Shown: positions 9,112-17,831 of the stretch, piece after piece | Layout: every line of letters starts with the position of its first letter | How positions within the stretch are numbered: the first letter of the stretch is position 1 | Assembly: GCA_965603055.1 (NCBI GenBank) | Contig: CBFDBN010000001.1 | Span: forward strand, 1 to 31,580 | Reading direction: 5' to 3' | DNA from: an uncultured bacterium | Lineage (GTDB): Bacteria > Zhuqueibacterota > Zhuqueibacteria > Thermofontimicrobiales > Thermofontimicrobiaceae | DNA length: 31,580 bases | The notes under the pieces: model-generated | Told to the model about the DNA's origin: nothing | The model's database searches: none | Seen by the model: the letters and a program-made list of their open reading frames with translations, nothing else | Translations under genes and position numbers: made by a program

Positions 9112-9179
9112 AATTGGCTAATCCATCTTTTTATAGTACACTTACTAATATAACAAAAAATTTTTAAATAGCAATGATT

Positions 9180-9815
9180 TTATTTATGAATTGAAATAAA
9201 TTTTAGCCCTTTTTCTTTTAATATTTTTATTACCGGACTGGATATTTTTACTGTGCGTTCACTTTTGATATGACCATCGTGAAAAACAATAATATCGCCA
9301 CCTGAAGTTTTAGTTTCAATGAGTTTTAAGATAAATTTATCCGACACGTGTTCATCGAAATCATAACTCATTACACTCCACAACACCAGCTTTAAATCAA
9401 ATTCCTGACAAACCTGGATTAGTCGGGGAGAAAATATCCCATAAGGCGGTCGAAAATATCGTACTGGCTTGTCAATAATTTGTTCAACAATGAATTTGCT
9501 TTTTTTTAATTGCTGTCGAATAAAAGCTTTTGATTGGTAAAAAAGGCGCTTATGCTCAAACGAATGAATGCCAATCGCATGTCCTGATTGATTCATCTGC
9601 TGAATAATTTCAGGATACTGCTGTGCTCTTTGCCCAACAACAAAAAAAGAAGCCCTCGTCTGTTCTTTTTCCAGAATAGCTAAAATTTGTGGTGTAAAAA
9701 TTGGATCGGGTCCATCATCGAAGGTCAGAAATATTTTATCCTTTGCGTTAGCATCTTGCCAGAGAATTTGTGGGAAGAGTGTAAATAAGGCCGGCGGAAC
9801 TCGGTAAATTTTCAT
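9180..9815 (-). CDS. NodB/CE4 polysaccharide deacetylase, 211 aa
   Basis: LTFDDGP, HSFEH, FRPPYG and FHDG motifs. ATG at 9815 forms an ATGA overlap with the upstream GT2 stop, which is preferred over the track start at 9827. Confidence 0.93.
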   Translation of the reverse strand: MKIYRVPPALFTLFPQILWQDANAKDKIFLTFDDGPDPIFTPQILAILEKEQTRASFFVVGQRAQQYPEIIQQMNQSGHAIGIHSFEHKRLFYQSKAFIRQQLKKSKFIVEQIIDKPVRYFRPPYGIFSPRLIQVCQEFDLKLVLWSVMSYDFDEHVSDKFILKLIETKTSGGDIIVFHDGHIKSERTVKISSPVIKILKEKGLKFISIHK

Positions 9816-10933
9816 CGCCCCTTCCATTCAAATTTGCCCACTATGCCGGCAAATCCAACATAAAGAATATAAGGAATCTGCAATATTTCGGTGAGCAGAA
9901 AATACTTTCTCAAGTCCTGCCTCCCAACCAGAGCCGTTCCTTTAAATATCAGCAAGAAATCGACTATCAATTTGATAAAAAATGCGACTGCTGGATAAGG
10001 GTAATGAAAAATAAATAATAAGGAAAAAGGGAGCGAAATGAATAACAAAAGATAAAAAATATATGTTGCTAATAAAAATAAAACCAGGGAAGCTTTTTTA
10101 TAGACCAGTCCTTTAGAAGCCCAACGAATTCTCTGGTTGAGGAATGAAAAAAAATCAGAAGTCGGATGAGTGTACACAAAAGTATTTGGAGATATACAAG
10201 CTCGGGTTTTCCAGTCGGTCGTTTGATCGATTTTTTGCAACAACAGGTCATCATCCCCACTGATCATGCGATTTTCGCCTCGATACCCGCCAACCTCTTT
10301 AAACACACTGCATCGAAAGGCTAAATTAGCACCATTGGCAATGATGGGATCGCCAGCGCCAATGCTGCCAATCCCAGCCGTAGTCAATCCAAGGAATTCA
10401 AGCGATTGGATTTTATGAAAAAAATTTTTTTCTGAATCTTTTAAAAAGCCCACGTAACCGATTACCATTCCCACGTCGCGCTCAAAATGAGTCATCATCT
10501 CTGAAATCCAATTGGGAGAAGTCCAACAATCAGCATCGGTCGTAACAATGATTTCACCTTCAGCCGCTGCTACTCCTACCTGAAGCGCTCGTTTTTTAGG
10601 AGATACACCGGCTGGGCACTGCCCCAAATAAATAAGTCGGATATATGGATATTTTGAAGAATAGGACTCAACGATTTCACCGGTTTTATCATCAGAATCA
10701 TCATCGATAACAATAATTTCTAATTTATCTTTGGGATAATTTTGGATCAACAGCGAATTGAGACATGTTGAAATATTATGTTGTTCATTTCGGGCTGGAA
10801 TCAGAACGGTTACCAAAAATTGCTTTTTGTTTTTGCCTGGCTTTAATTGAAACAGACCCTGGTAACAATAGAATATTTTTGATGCATAAATTAGTGTTAG
10901 TACAGTGAAAAGAATTAAAATGAAATAAAACAT
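9812..10933 (-). CDS. Membrane-bound family 2 glycosyltransferase (paralog C), 373 aa
   Basis: VTVLIPARNEQ, DDDSDD, TDADC, SGDDD, QRIRW. Start moved to ATG 10933 (MFYFILIL..., GAGAG upstream) because the track's 51-aa extension reads through a repeat. Confidence 0.92.
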   Translation of the reverse strand: MFYFILILFTVLTLIYASKIFYCYQGLFQLKPGKNKKQFLVTVLIPARNEQHNISTCLNSLLIQNYPKDKLEIIVIDDDSDDKTGEIVESYSSKYPYIRLIYLGQCPAGVSPKKRALQVGVAAAEGEIIVTTDADCWTSPNWISEMMTHFERDVGMVIGYVGFLKDSEKNFFHKIQSLEFLGLTTAGIGSIGAGDPIIANGANLAFRCSVFKEVGGYRGENRMISGDDDLLLQKIDQTTDWKTRACISPNTFVYTHPTSDFFSFLNQRIRWASKGLVYKKASLVLFLLATYIFYLLLFISLPFSLLFIFHYPYPAVAFFIKLIVDFLLIFKGTALVGRQDLRKYFLLTEILQIPYILYVGFAGIVGKFEWKGR

Positions 10934-10971
10934 CAATCTCTCAATCAAATAAATTTTTGACTTTGTTTTTT

Positions 10972-11000
10972 CTCTGCGACACTCTGCGATCTCTGCGGTT
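10972..11000. repeat. 9-nt-period REP-like repeat (CTCTGCG family), single arm
   Basis: ctctgcgac a ctctgcgat ctctgcggt t. Confidence 0.85.
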
Positions 11001-11057
11001 TTAATCTTCCTGGTTATCTTTAATAACCGATAAGAGGCGATTCGCCCCTTGCGAACG

Positions 11058-12113
11058 TCATTTCTGGGGGGGGATATTTTTTTCACTATTATTCTTCTGG
11101 AAAATCAACCGATATTTCAAAACCAATACCAGACCAACCATGCTTGGGATCAACAAGTTAATTAAAAAAAGTAAAATCGAAGCATTAAAAGCTGTAGACT
11201 GTTGAATCCCAATTTTCCCCAGGAAAAAAATAGCAGCGCTTTCCCGAATACCCAGGTCACCGAAAGAAATCGGCAGCATCGATTTGACCAACATGGCAGC
11301 GGCTATCGCCAGAAACGCCGGCAAAAGCGGAGCAGTTTCAAACGAACAGACCAGAATATAAAATTGAACCAGGAAGATAAAATAAAAGCAAAAGGTCATG
11401 AGTAACAAATTTATTGCCTGGCGTCGATGAAAATGATCCAGGCTGCTCATCAGAGCTTTTATCTTCTCTCGAAATGGCAGAATGATATTCAGGCTGTACA
11501 AAAAGCCCTTAATGATTTCAGGGTGAAATAATACATAATAAACAACAATCAATGCAATAATCGTGAAGATAACAATTGGCACCATCGTGTATAAATACAA
11601 CTGTTTGCTCACAAAAAACATCAATCCAATTGCCCCCCAAAAAATCACCACTGCGAGAGAAAAAAGTTTATCAATAAAAGCAATGCCAAGCAAGCTAACC
11701 CATGAACAGTCCTTTATAAAAAAAGCACGCCCAAACTCTCCCAGTCGTCCCGGTGTGACAAATCCGAAGGTAAAACCAGCTAATAAAGATTGAAACGTTT
11801 CCCGGTTGCTGACCGGCGGCTTGAGTAATCTCACCAGGTAGCGCCATTTATAAAATTGGATGTAGATATTTGGGATCAGAAGCCCCAGGGCTAAAAAAAT
11901 ACAAAATAGCTTTGCTGATTCATAAGCGGCAACCAATTCGCCTATTTGTAACCGGCGAAACAGCATGATCATAACAAGAAGGGCAATGGAAATTTTAAGT
12001 GTAAAAACCAGTACCCGTTTAGAGATAAACTTTTTGGTTTTCGGTACAGTTTTGACAGATTGGGATTGATCCCTGTTTTTGAAGGACTCCATCTCTGAAC
12101 TTGTTGTATCCAT
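11058..12113 (-). CDS. UPF0104 / lysylphosphatidylglycerol-synthase TM (flippase-like) domain protein; start uncertain (12134, 12113 or 12092)
   Basis: KWRYL, FGFVTPGRLGEFGRAF, DKLF and LPISFGDLGIRE motifs typical of this family; multi-TM. Confidence 0.88.
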   Translation of the reverse strand: MDTTSSEMESFKNRDQSQSVKTVPKTKKFISKRVLVFTLKISIALLVMIMLFRRLQIGELVAAYESAKLFCIFLALGLLIPNIYIQFYKWRYLVRLLKPPVSNRETFQSLLAGFTFGFVTPGRLGEFGRAFFIKDCSWVSLLGIAFIDKLFSLAVVIFWGAIGLMFFVSKQLYLYTMVPIVIFTIIALIVVYYVLFHPEIIKGFLYSLNIILPFREKIKALMSSLDHFHRRQAINLLLMTFCFYFIFLVQFYILVCSFETAPLLPAFLAIAAAMLVKSMLPISFGDLGIRESAAIFFLGKIGIQQSTAFNASILLFLINLLIPSMVGLVLVLKYRLIFQKNNSEKNIPPQK

Positions 12114-13044
12114 CGGATTTCCAGATTTTTTCAATATCTGTTGATTGACTTATATTACCAAAATTAAATTCACCATTCTTATCAAAACAACAGGGAACCA
12201 CCCTGCTATCCGTTAAAATAACAGTGCTATACCATAAACGAATGCATCGATTTTTAGAACGATTATTCAAATGAATTCTATCATTTTCAAATTGATAACG
12301 ACGCCAATCTGGATTGGCTGGTAAAAATATCACACCATCATCCCGGGATTCAACTTGAAAGGTCTTAAATAACAATCGATCGACCTTCAATTCAACCGCC
12401 AGTTTTTTCATCTGTTCAATCTGATGTTCGTTATGTTTCATTACCAGGCATTGAATTAGAACCTTTGGCGTCCTGGCGTGAAGCTTATTTTTCACTTCGA
12501 CCAGGGTTTTGATCCCCATGATAACCTGGTTAAAGTCACCCCCTTTTCGATATTTAGAATAGGTTTCTTGATCTGCACCATCCAGCGAAATGATAATGCT
12601 ATCCAGTCCACTGGTTACTAATTTTTGAACAAATTCTTTGTCAGATAAAAAATGGCCATTAGTACTGGTGGTGACATAAATTCGCTTGTGTTTGGCAATT
12701 TCAATGAATTCAATCAGGTGTGGATTCAAAAATGGCTCGCCCTGGTTGAACAGCAAAAGATACCAGGTTCGGTCGCCAATTTGCTCGATGACTGTTTTAA
12801 ATAAATTCAAGCTTAAAGAACTTTGCTCTCGGTCTACCTTGCCCATACCAGTCAGGCACTGCGGACAATGCAGGTTACAGCACACCGTCGGTTCAACTGT
12901 TAAAATAAAAGGGACACCCCAAACAAAGCTTATTTTACTAAGGATTGATAAACCAAAAGCTGTTAAAGCCTTAAAACAGTTAAAAATCCTTTTCACCGAA
13001 GCCGCTTTGATTACACGCCCCCAAACAATCTCTTCATTTCCCAA
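12019..13044 (-). CDS. Radical SAM protein with Twitch/SPASM domain (BtrN-like architecture), 341 aa
   Basis: EPTVCCNLHCPQC (CxxxCxxC), QGEP, STNG, SLDG, then C...VVPCCFD...FGNI...IW...ICQNC. TTG start with GAGG upstream. Confidence 0.92.
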   Translation of the reverse strand: MGNEEIVWGRVIKAASVKRIFNCFKALTAFGLSILSKISFVWGVPFILTVEPTVCCNLHCPQCLTGMGKVDREQSSLSLNLFKTVIEQIGDRTWYLLLFNQGEPFLNPHLIEFIEIAKHKRIYVTTSTNGHFLSDKEFVQKLVTSGLDSIIISLDGADQETYSKYRKGGDFNQVIMGIKTLVEVKNKLHARTPKVLIQCLVMKHNEHQIEQMKKLAVELKVDRLLFKTFQVESRDDGVIFLPANPDWRRYQFENDRIHLNNRSKNRCIRLWYSTVILTDSRVVPCCFDKNGEFNFGNISQSTDIEKIWKSDGYNKFRDGVLQKQGSIPICQNCTENQKVYL

Positions 13045-13077
13045 TTACCGATTCCTCAATTACCCAATCCACGCTCG
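13041..13077. repeat. 8-nt-period degenerate repeat overlapping the M1 peptidase stop and the rSAM start
   Basis: ccaat taccgatt cctcaat tacccaat ccacgct. The 15-mer ccaattaccgattcc (13041-13055) recurs exactly on the opposite strand at 9103-9117. Confidence 0.7.
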
Positions 13078-15527
13078 ATCTTCCCAATCGAAATTTTCAA
13101 CCGACGCCTCACATCATCGGGCAGGGCTTCATCCTGTAATTTTTTCAGCGCATTAAACGAAGTCTTTGTTTTGAATTGCCCAAGGATATCAATCGCTTTT
13201 TTCTTAATAAAATTATTCTTATCGGACAGCAGTTTAATTAATATGGATTCAGCTTCCATGTGCCCGGTGCCAATCTCTTTTAGGATTGAAAGCGCATTAA
13301 CGCGGATATAATCAGCCTGGCTGAGATCAGCCGCGAATCGAACCGCAATCGGAATTGCACGCTCATCTTTCAACTGTCGAAGCGAATGAAAAGCCGCTGT
13401 CCGAACGATATCATTGTGCGAGTCCTTATCGACAAATTTGCTAAAAAAATCAAAACTGCTATCGTCTGGAGTATTTGATAGTGCATAAAGCGCTTCGGCA
13501 ACGACTTTGTAGCTGGAATCCTGCCTGGCAATTTTTCTAAATAATGGATTTAGCTCCTTTTCATAATAATAGCCCAGTGCCAGAATCGCGGCAACTCGTA
13601 CTGCCGATTTGCGATCGCGGCAGGCTGTTATCAAAACCTGTTTGGACTCGGGTCGATTATAGTCGATGAAGTCGATCAGCAGATAGGCAGCTTCTTTTCG
13701 TATTGCCCAGAATGGATCGTCTGCTACACACTTTTCTAAAGCTAAAACTGTCTCCAACGTGTCAAATGTTACTTTTTCCAATTCTGCTAATGCGTTTAAA
13801 CGGGCAGCAACATGTTGGTCATGAAGTAATTGATAAATCCATTCATCCTGGGATTTGATGAAATTTATCTCTTTCAATATCCAGTTATTTTTATCAAAGC
13901 GAATCAGCCGTGGGCGGCTATCGATTGAAAATTTGAAAGTATCTTCTCGTGTTTTTAGAAATATATTTTCACTTATTCGCGTCGTTTCACCGATGATCTC
14001 TATTCCAACCGGCATTTGAAAAATCCGGGGCACCAAACCCAGTGAGTCTTCCTGAATTTGTCGAACATAGAGCTGGACTTCTTTTTTTTCAGCGATCCAT
14101 CTTGAGGTAATGACGAATTTTGGATGCCCGCCCTGGTAGAGCCATTGATTAAAAAACCAGTCCAGTTTTTTGCCACTTACCTGTTCCACCACCTGTTGGA
14201 AATCAGAGGTGATAACTGATTGAAATGCGAATCGATCCAAAAAAGTTTTTAAACTGGTAAAAAAAAGCGAATCGCCAATCACGCTGCGAAGTGAATGGAG
14301 AACCATTGCGGCTTTCTGATATTCAATGTAATTGAACATCTCCTCGGGGTGGAGAAAATTTTTGAAAACAATGGGCTGATGAAACTTTTTATCGACCATT
14401 TCGAGGTAATATTTTTGGTCTTGATATATTGCATATTGTGCCTCATCAATTCCTGAGTCAAATTCTTTGAAAAGAATCTCTGAGTATGTGGCGAAACCTT
14501 CGTTCAACCAGATATGACTCCAATCCCGGCAAGTGACCAGGTTGCCGAACCACTGGTGCGCCAACTCATGAGCGACTAAATCATCGCTGGAAACATCCCG
14601 GTGGGCACGATCATCGTGAATGGTTCGATCGTATAATGAAGTGGCGCTGGTATGTTCCATACCGGCTGCCTGGTAATCAGCGATAACGATCTGCGCATAT
14701 TTGTCCCACGGGTATTGATAGCCAGACATTTCCTCAAAAAATTTTATCATTCTCGGTGTTTTTGAAAATGAGTTTAAAGCGATTTCAACTTGATCTTTGT
14801 AGACATAATAACTTAAAGGAACATTCTCACAGTTATCTAAAATTTCGCTATATTCGCCCGCAACAATCGAAATTAAATAAGTTGAATGAGGTTTTTCCTG
14901 CAGCCAATGAAATTTTTTATTATGGTTTGTTCGATTTTGATTCACAGAAAGTAATTTGCCATTGGATAAAAGAAAAAAATTATCAGCTACAGTGGCAATA
15001 ATTTCACTGGTTACTTTATCGTCCGGCTCATCGTAACAGGGAAACCAGCAGCGAGCTGAAATCGGCTCTGAATGAGAATAAATTTGATAGGGAATTTCAG
15101 GATTATCTTCGGTTGGTTGGTTGAAATAGAAACCATCAGCAGGCTTTGTGAAATAAGAAATAACAATCGTTATGGTATCTGTAATTTCATAATTTTCAGG
15201 TAAAGCAATAGCAACTGTTTCGGAATCGGCTGTGAAAGCAAGTCCCCTTCGATTGATTAAAGTGACATCTTGAATTTCCATGTCCCTGGCATGGAATTCA
15301 ACAGTTGAAAAGTTTTTGACCAGCGGTACAACAGTAATAGTCGCTTTCCCAACAACTGATTTTTGTAAAAGGTCTATGTTTAATTCCAGTTTAATATGCT
15401 GGGTATCATAATTTCTTTGAATTGTCGGCTTATAAGATGCCAGGGTGGGGGTGGTAAAGATAATGAAAAGGAAAAGTATCCAATAATATCTTTTCAAACC
15501 AGGATTATATCGATTCACGGTCGTCAT
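13056..15527 (-). CDS. Secreted M1-family zinc aminopeptidase with C-terminal HEAT-like repeats, 823 aa
   Basis: Signal peptide, ARCWFPCYD, AGMEH (GxMEN variant), HELAH-x18-E, Y..A catalytic segment (IEYQKAA), helical C-terminal repeats. Confidence 0.93.
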   Translation of the reverse strand: MTTVNRYNPGLKRYYWILFLFIIFTTPTLASYKPTIQRNYDTQHIKLELNIDLLQKSVVGKATITVVPLVKNFSTVEFHARDMEIQDVTLINRRGLAFTADSETVAIALPENYEITDTITIVISYFTKPADGFYFNQPTEDNPEIPYQIYSHSEPISARCWFPCYDEPDDKVTSEIIATVADNFFLLSNGKLLSVNQNRTNHNKKFHWLQEKPHSTYLISIVAGEYSEILDNCENVPLSYYVYKDQVEIALNSFSKTPRMIKFFEEMSGYQYPWDKYAQIVIADYQAAGMEHTSATSLYDRTIHDDRAHRDVSSDDLVAHELAHQWFGNLVTCRDWSHIWLNEGFATYSEILFKEFDSGIDEAQYAIYQDQKYYLEMVDKKFHQPIVFKNFLHPEEMFNYIEYQKAAMVLHSLRSVIGDSLFFTSLKTFLDRFAFQSVITSDFQQVVEQVSGKKLDWFFNQWLYQGGHPKFVITSRWIAEKKEVQLYVRQIQEDSLGLVPRIFQMPVGIEIIGETTRISENIFLKTREDTFKFSIDSRPRLIRFDKNNWILKEINFIKSQDEWIYQLLHDQHVAARLNALAELEKVTFDTLETVLALEKCVADDPFWAIRKEAAYLLIDFIDYNRPESKQVLITACRDRKSAVRVAAILALGYYYEKELNPLFRKIARQDSSYKVVAEALYALSNTPDDSSFDFFSKFVDKDSHNDIVRTAAFHSLRQLKDERAIPIAVRFAADLSQADYIRVNALSILKEIGTGHMEAESILIKLLSDKNNFIKKKAIDILGQFKTKTSFNALKKLQDEALPDDVRRRLKISIGKIERGLGN

Positions 15528-15671
15528 TTAATAAAATCACAGCAGTTTATAGTTAACAACTCACAATTTACCAACATAAAGTTAAATGTTTGTACTGAAT
15601 TACAAGTTGATCTGTTCCCCCCGGTATAATAATAGAATATGGCTTTGTAGTTATTTTTTCAGTAATATCCC

Positions 15672-15776
15672 ACAAGGAGAAAAGGAGCAAGCAATGTATA
15701 AACGGAGTTTCATTACCTCCAAATAATACCTCCAAAAATTTCTCCGTGAATCTCTGTTAACTCTGTTACTCCTTGT
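15672..15776. repeat. Divergent 9-nt-period inverted element (GGAG/CAGAG core) with an internal 10-nt direct repeat
   Basis: acaaggag (15672-15679) / ctccttgt (15769-15776). Right arm ctccgtgaa tctctgtta actctgtta ctccttgt. tacctccaaa at 15714 and 15727. Confidence 0.6.
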
Positions 15777-15881
15777 AAGTTTTTTTTTCAAATTATGAAA
15801 TTCCGATACAATAAAAAAACCAGCTTCTCAAAACAGTCAAGAGCTGGTTTAATCATCGAAATCGATCTGCTTACAAATGTT

Positions 15882-17045
15882 TCACTCTCCAGCAACGGCA
15901 GATTTTGGCTCCATGTGCAAGATGTTGTTCTGATTGATCTGCATCATCGAAGAATGATATGCTGCAACTCGATTTCGACCTTCAGCTTTTGCTCGATAAA
16001 GAGCACGATCAGCGAATTCGATTAACTCCCGGGAATTAGTAGAATCATCGGGTAAAGTTGCCAGTCCTAAAGAGATCGTCAGGTTTTTATTGGGCTGGTA
16101 TTGCTCTTTCGGAAAATGTCTCAACTCGATGGTTCGTCGTAATTTCTCCGCTACCTGGTCAGCATGGACTTTGTCGATTTCTGGAAGCAGAATGACAAAT
16201 TCTTCACCACCATACCTGGCGACAATGTCTGCTTTGCGAAGATTCGACTCGACCAGGTAAGCGACTTTTTTCAAAACGTCATCACCCAAAAGATGTCCAT
16301 TGATGTCATTATAATTCTTGAAGTAATCAATATCTACCATTAAAATAGACAACGGACGTCGATATCGTTTTGCCCGTAAAACTTCCCTATCAAATCGCTG
16401 GTTGAAATAGCGTCGATTGTAAAGACCGGTTAAATCATCGGTAATCGAAAGTTCTTTGGTATGCTGAAATAGCAGCGACTTGTCCAGCACCTTGGCAATT
16501 TCCAGGGCGATTTTTTTGAAAAAATATCTTTCTTCCTTGTGGAATCCGTTAGTTTCATTTCGATAAAGACTAAAAACACCGAGCGGATGATTTTTTCTCA
16601 ATAAAATTGGAGCTGCAATGAATGAACCGGCTTTCGGCTCTCCACCATAGAATTGAAATTCCGACGAAGCACTAATATCCGGGACGTAAATCGTTTGTTC
16701 AAACTCTAATGCCTTCCCAAAGATGTCTTCGCCAAATTTAAACGAAAATTGTGAATTACCGTTTTTAAGAAGTCCAAAAAATGTAGATAAAGTGAGTGTT
16801 GAAAGCGATTCATCTAACAAGAAAATTCCGAAATGATCAACTTTAATTTTCTTTTGAAATAAGCTTTTAAATGATTTAAGGATTTCATTCAGATCGAAGG
16901 TTTTACTAAGCGTTAGACTGATCAGGTATCGGGAATTAAGCTCAGAAAAACGCTTTTTCAGATCCAGGTTAGACGCCTTGATTTCAGAGTATTTTTTTTG
17001 AAGTTCAGCAAGCTGATCTTTTAAGTTGTCAAAACTTTCTGCCAT
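15882..17045 (-). CDS. Diguanylate cyclase (coiled coil - GAF - GGDEF), 387 aa
   Basis: TDDLTGLYNRRYF, DIDYFKNYND..GH..GD, I-site RKAD, active-site RYGGEEF. Confidence 0.95.
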   Translation of the reverse strand: MAESFDNLKDQLAELQKKYSEIKASNLDLKKRFSELNSRYLISLTLSKTFDLNEILKSFKSLFQKKIKVDHFGIFLLDESLSTLTLSTFFGLLKNGNSQFSFKFGEDIFGKALEFEQTIYVPDISASSEFQFYGGEPKAGSFIAAPILLRKNHPLGVFSLYRNETNGFHKEERYFFKKIALEIAKVLDKSLLFQHTKELSITDDLTGLYNRRYFNQRFDREVLRAKRYRRPLSILMVDIDYFKNYNDINGHLLGDDVLKKVAYLVESNLRKADIVARYGGEEFVILLPEIDKVHADQVAEKLRRTIELRHFPKEQYQPNKNLTISLGLATLPDDSTNSRELIEFADRALYRAKAEGRNRVAAYHSSMMQINQNNILHMEPKSAVAGE

Positions 17046-17133
17046 GAATCAAATCTCTCCCTGTTTACCAATGGCAAGATGACAAATCCTGTAATGAAGA
17101 TATCAAGCAACAGCAGAACTTCAACTATAAGCC

Positions 17134-17685
17134 TTATGCTTCAGCCGTTTCTGTTTTCAGGTCATTGTTTAGATACTGAATTAATTTTTTATATTTATTG
17201 TTCAAGCTGTCATTGGTTTGTGCTCTGAAATAAAAGTTGTAAAACGGCTCCCGCATGTCATGATCAAAGCAAATTTTCAATGAAGCCCGGCTTTTTTGAC
17301 ATAGAAAGGTGGTTGTAAGATGAAAATCATTATTCAGGTCAATAACTATGTCGTATTCTGTTGCTAATATCTTTTGTTTTAGTTCTCTTTTGGGAAGTCC
17401 CAAAAAATTTACGTCTCTGTCTGATACAAATATTGTGCCAAAATTATGATCACCATTGAGTAAGCTTCGATAGCTCTCTCTCATTACAAATTGGAACTTA
17501 GCATTTGAAAAGTCATCCATCAGCTTTTTTAAGAATTTTCGAGCAATGCCAAAGTCCTCTAACTTATCAGGCATAAAGACTAAAATTGACCGGGCTTCAG
17601 CCAAAGTGCCAAATACATCTACGACATGGTCACTTTTCCTGAACTTCGCAGTAATTTTTAGGAAGGGAATTGTAAATTTCTCCAT
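17134..17685 (-). CDS. Hypothetical protein, DUF6913-like (resembles the N-terminal half of a GT9 fold), 183 aa
   Basis: YDIVIDL motif with upstream VNFLGLPK and downstream SRASLKICF, recalled from this family. Confidence 0.6.
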   Translation of the reverse strand: MEKFTIPFLKITAKFRKSDHVVDVFGTLAEARSILVFMPDKLEDFGIARKFLKKLMDDFSNAKFQFVMRESYRSLLNGDHNFGTIFVSDRDVNFLGLPKRELKQKILATEYDIVIDLNNDFHLTTTFLCQKSRASLKICFDHDMREPFYNFYFRAQTNDSLNNKYKKLIQYLNNDLKTETAEA

Positions 17686-17736
17686 GTTACCATCAATTTT
17701 TAATTATTCCATCTAGCGGGAGATTTAGAAAGTAAC

Positions 17737-17765
17737 AATATAAAATAATTAATTTAATAAGTCAA
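17737..17765 (-). promoter_or_regulatory. Sigma70-type promoter for the DUF6913-GGDEF genes
   Basis: Minus strand TTGACT (17765-17760), 17-nt spacer, TATATT (17742-17737). Confidence 0.65.
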
Positions 17766-17831
17766 TAGTAAAATGCACATTTTAATAACTTAATATATAT
17801 TGATCATAATTTTATCGAACAGTGTCATTCA

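Noticed and set aside
11036-11057. Small hairpin/palindrome ggcgattcgcc and ttcgc-ccctt-gcgaa after the flippase-like gene
   Set aside because: It is short, single-copy in the window and lacks a U-tract, so it cannot be supported as a terminator or REP.
10934-11086. 51-aa N-terminal extension of GT2 paralog C in the ORF track
   Set aside because: It reads through the 9-nt repeat and overlaps the upstream gene's end. ATG 10933 matches the paralogs' N-terminal TM start.
13015-13035. Possible frameshift at a G5 run joining an upstream ATG (MKRLFGG) to the rSAM frame
   Set aside because: An in-frame TTG with a well-spaced GAGG already gives an uninterrupted ORF, so no frameshift is needed.
12019-15527. 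RiPP cluster (rSAM-SPASM plus peptidase)
   Set aside because: No precursor peptide or RRE/PqqD domain was seen, the peptidase is a secreted M1 aminopeptidase, and the rSAM neighbours are glycosylation genes.
15672-15726. 10-codon ORF (MYKRSFITSK) behind a double GGAG
   Set aside because: The GGAG motifs are units of the 9-nt repeat element, so there is no independent coding evidence.
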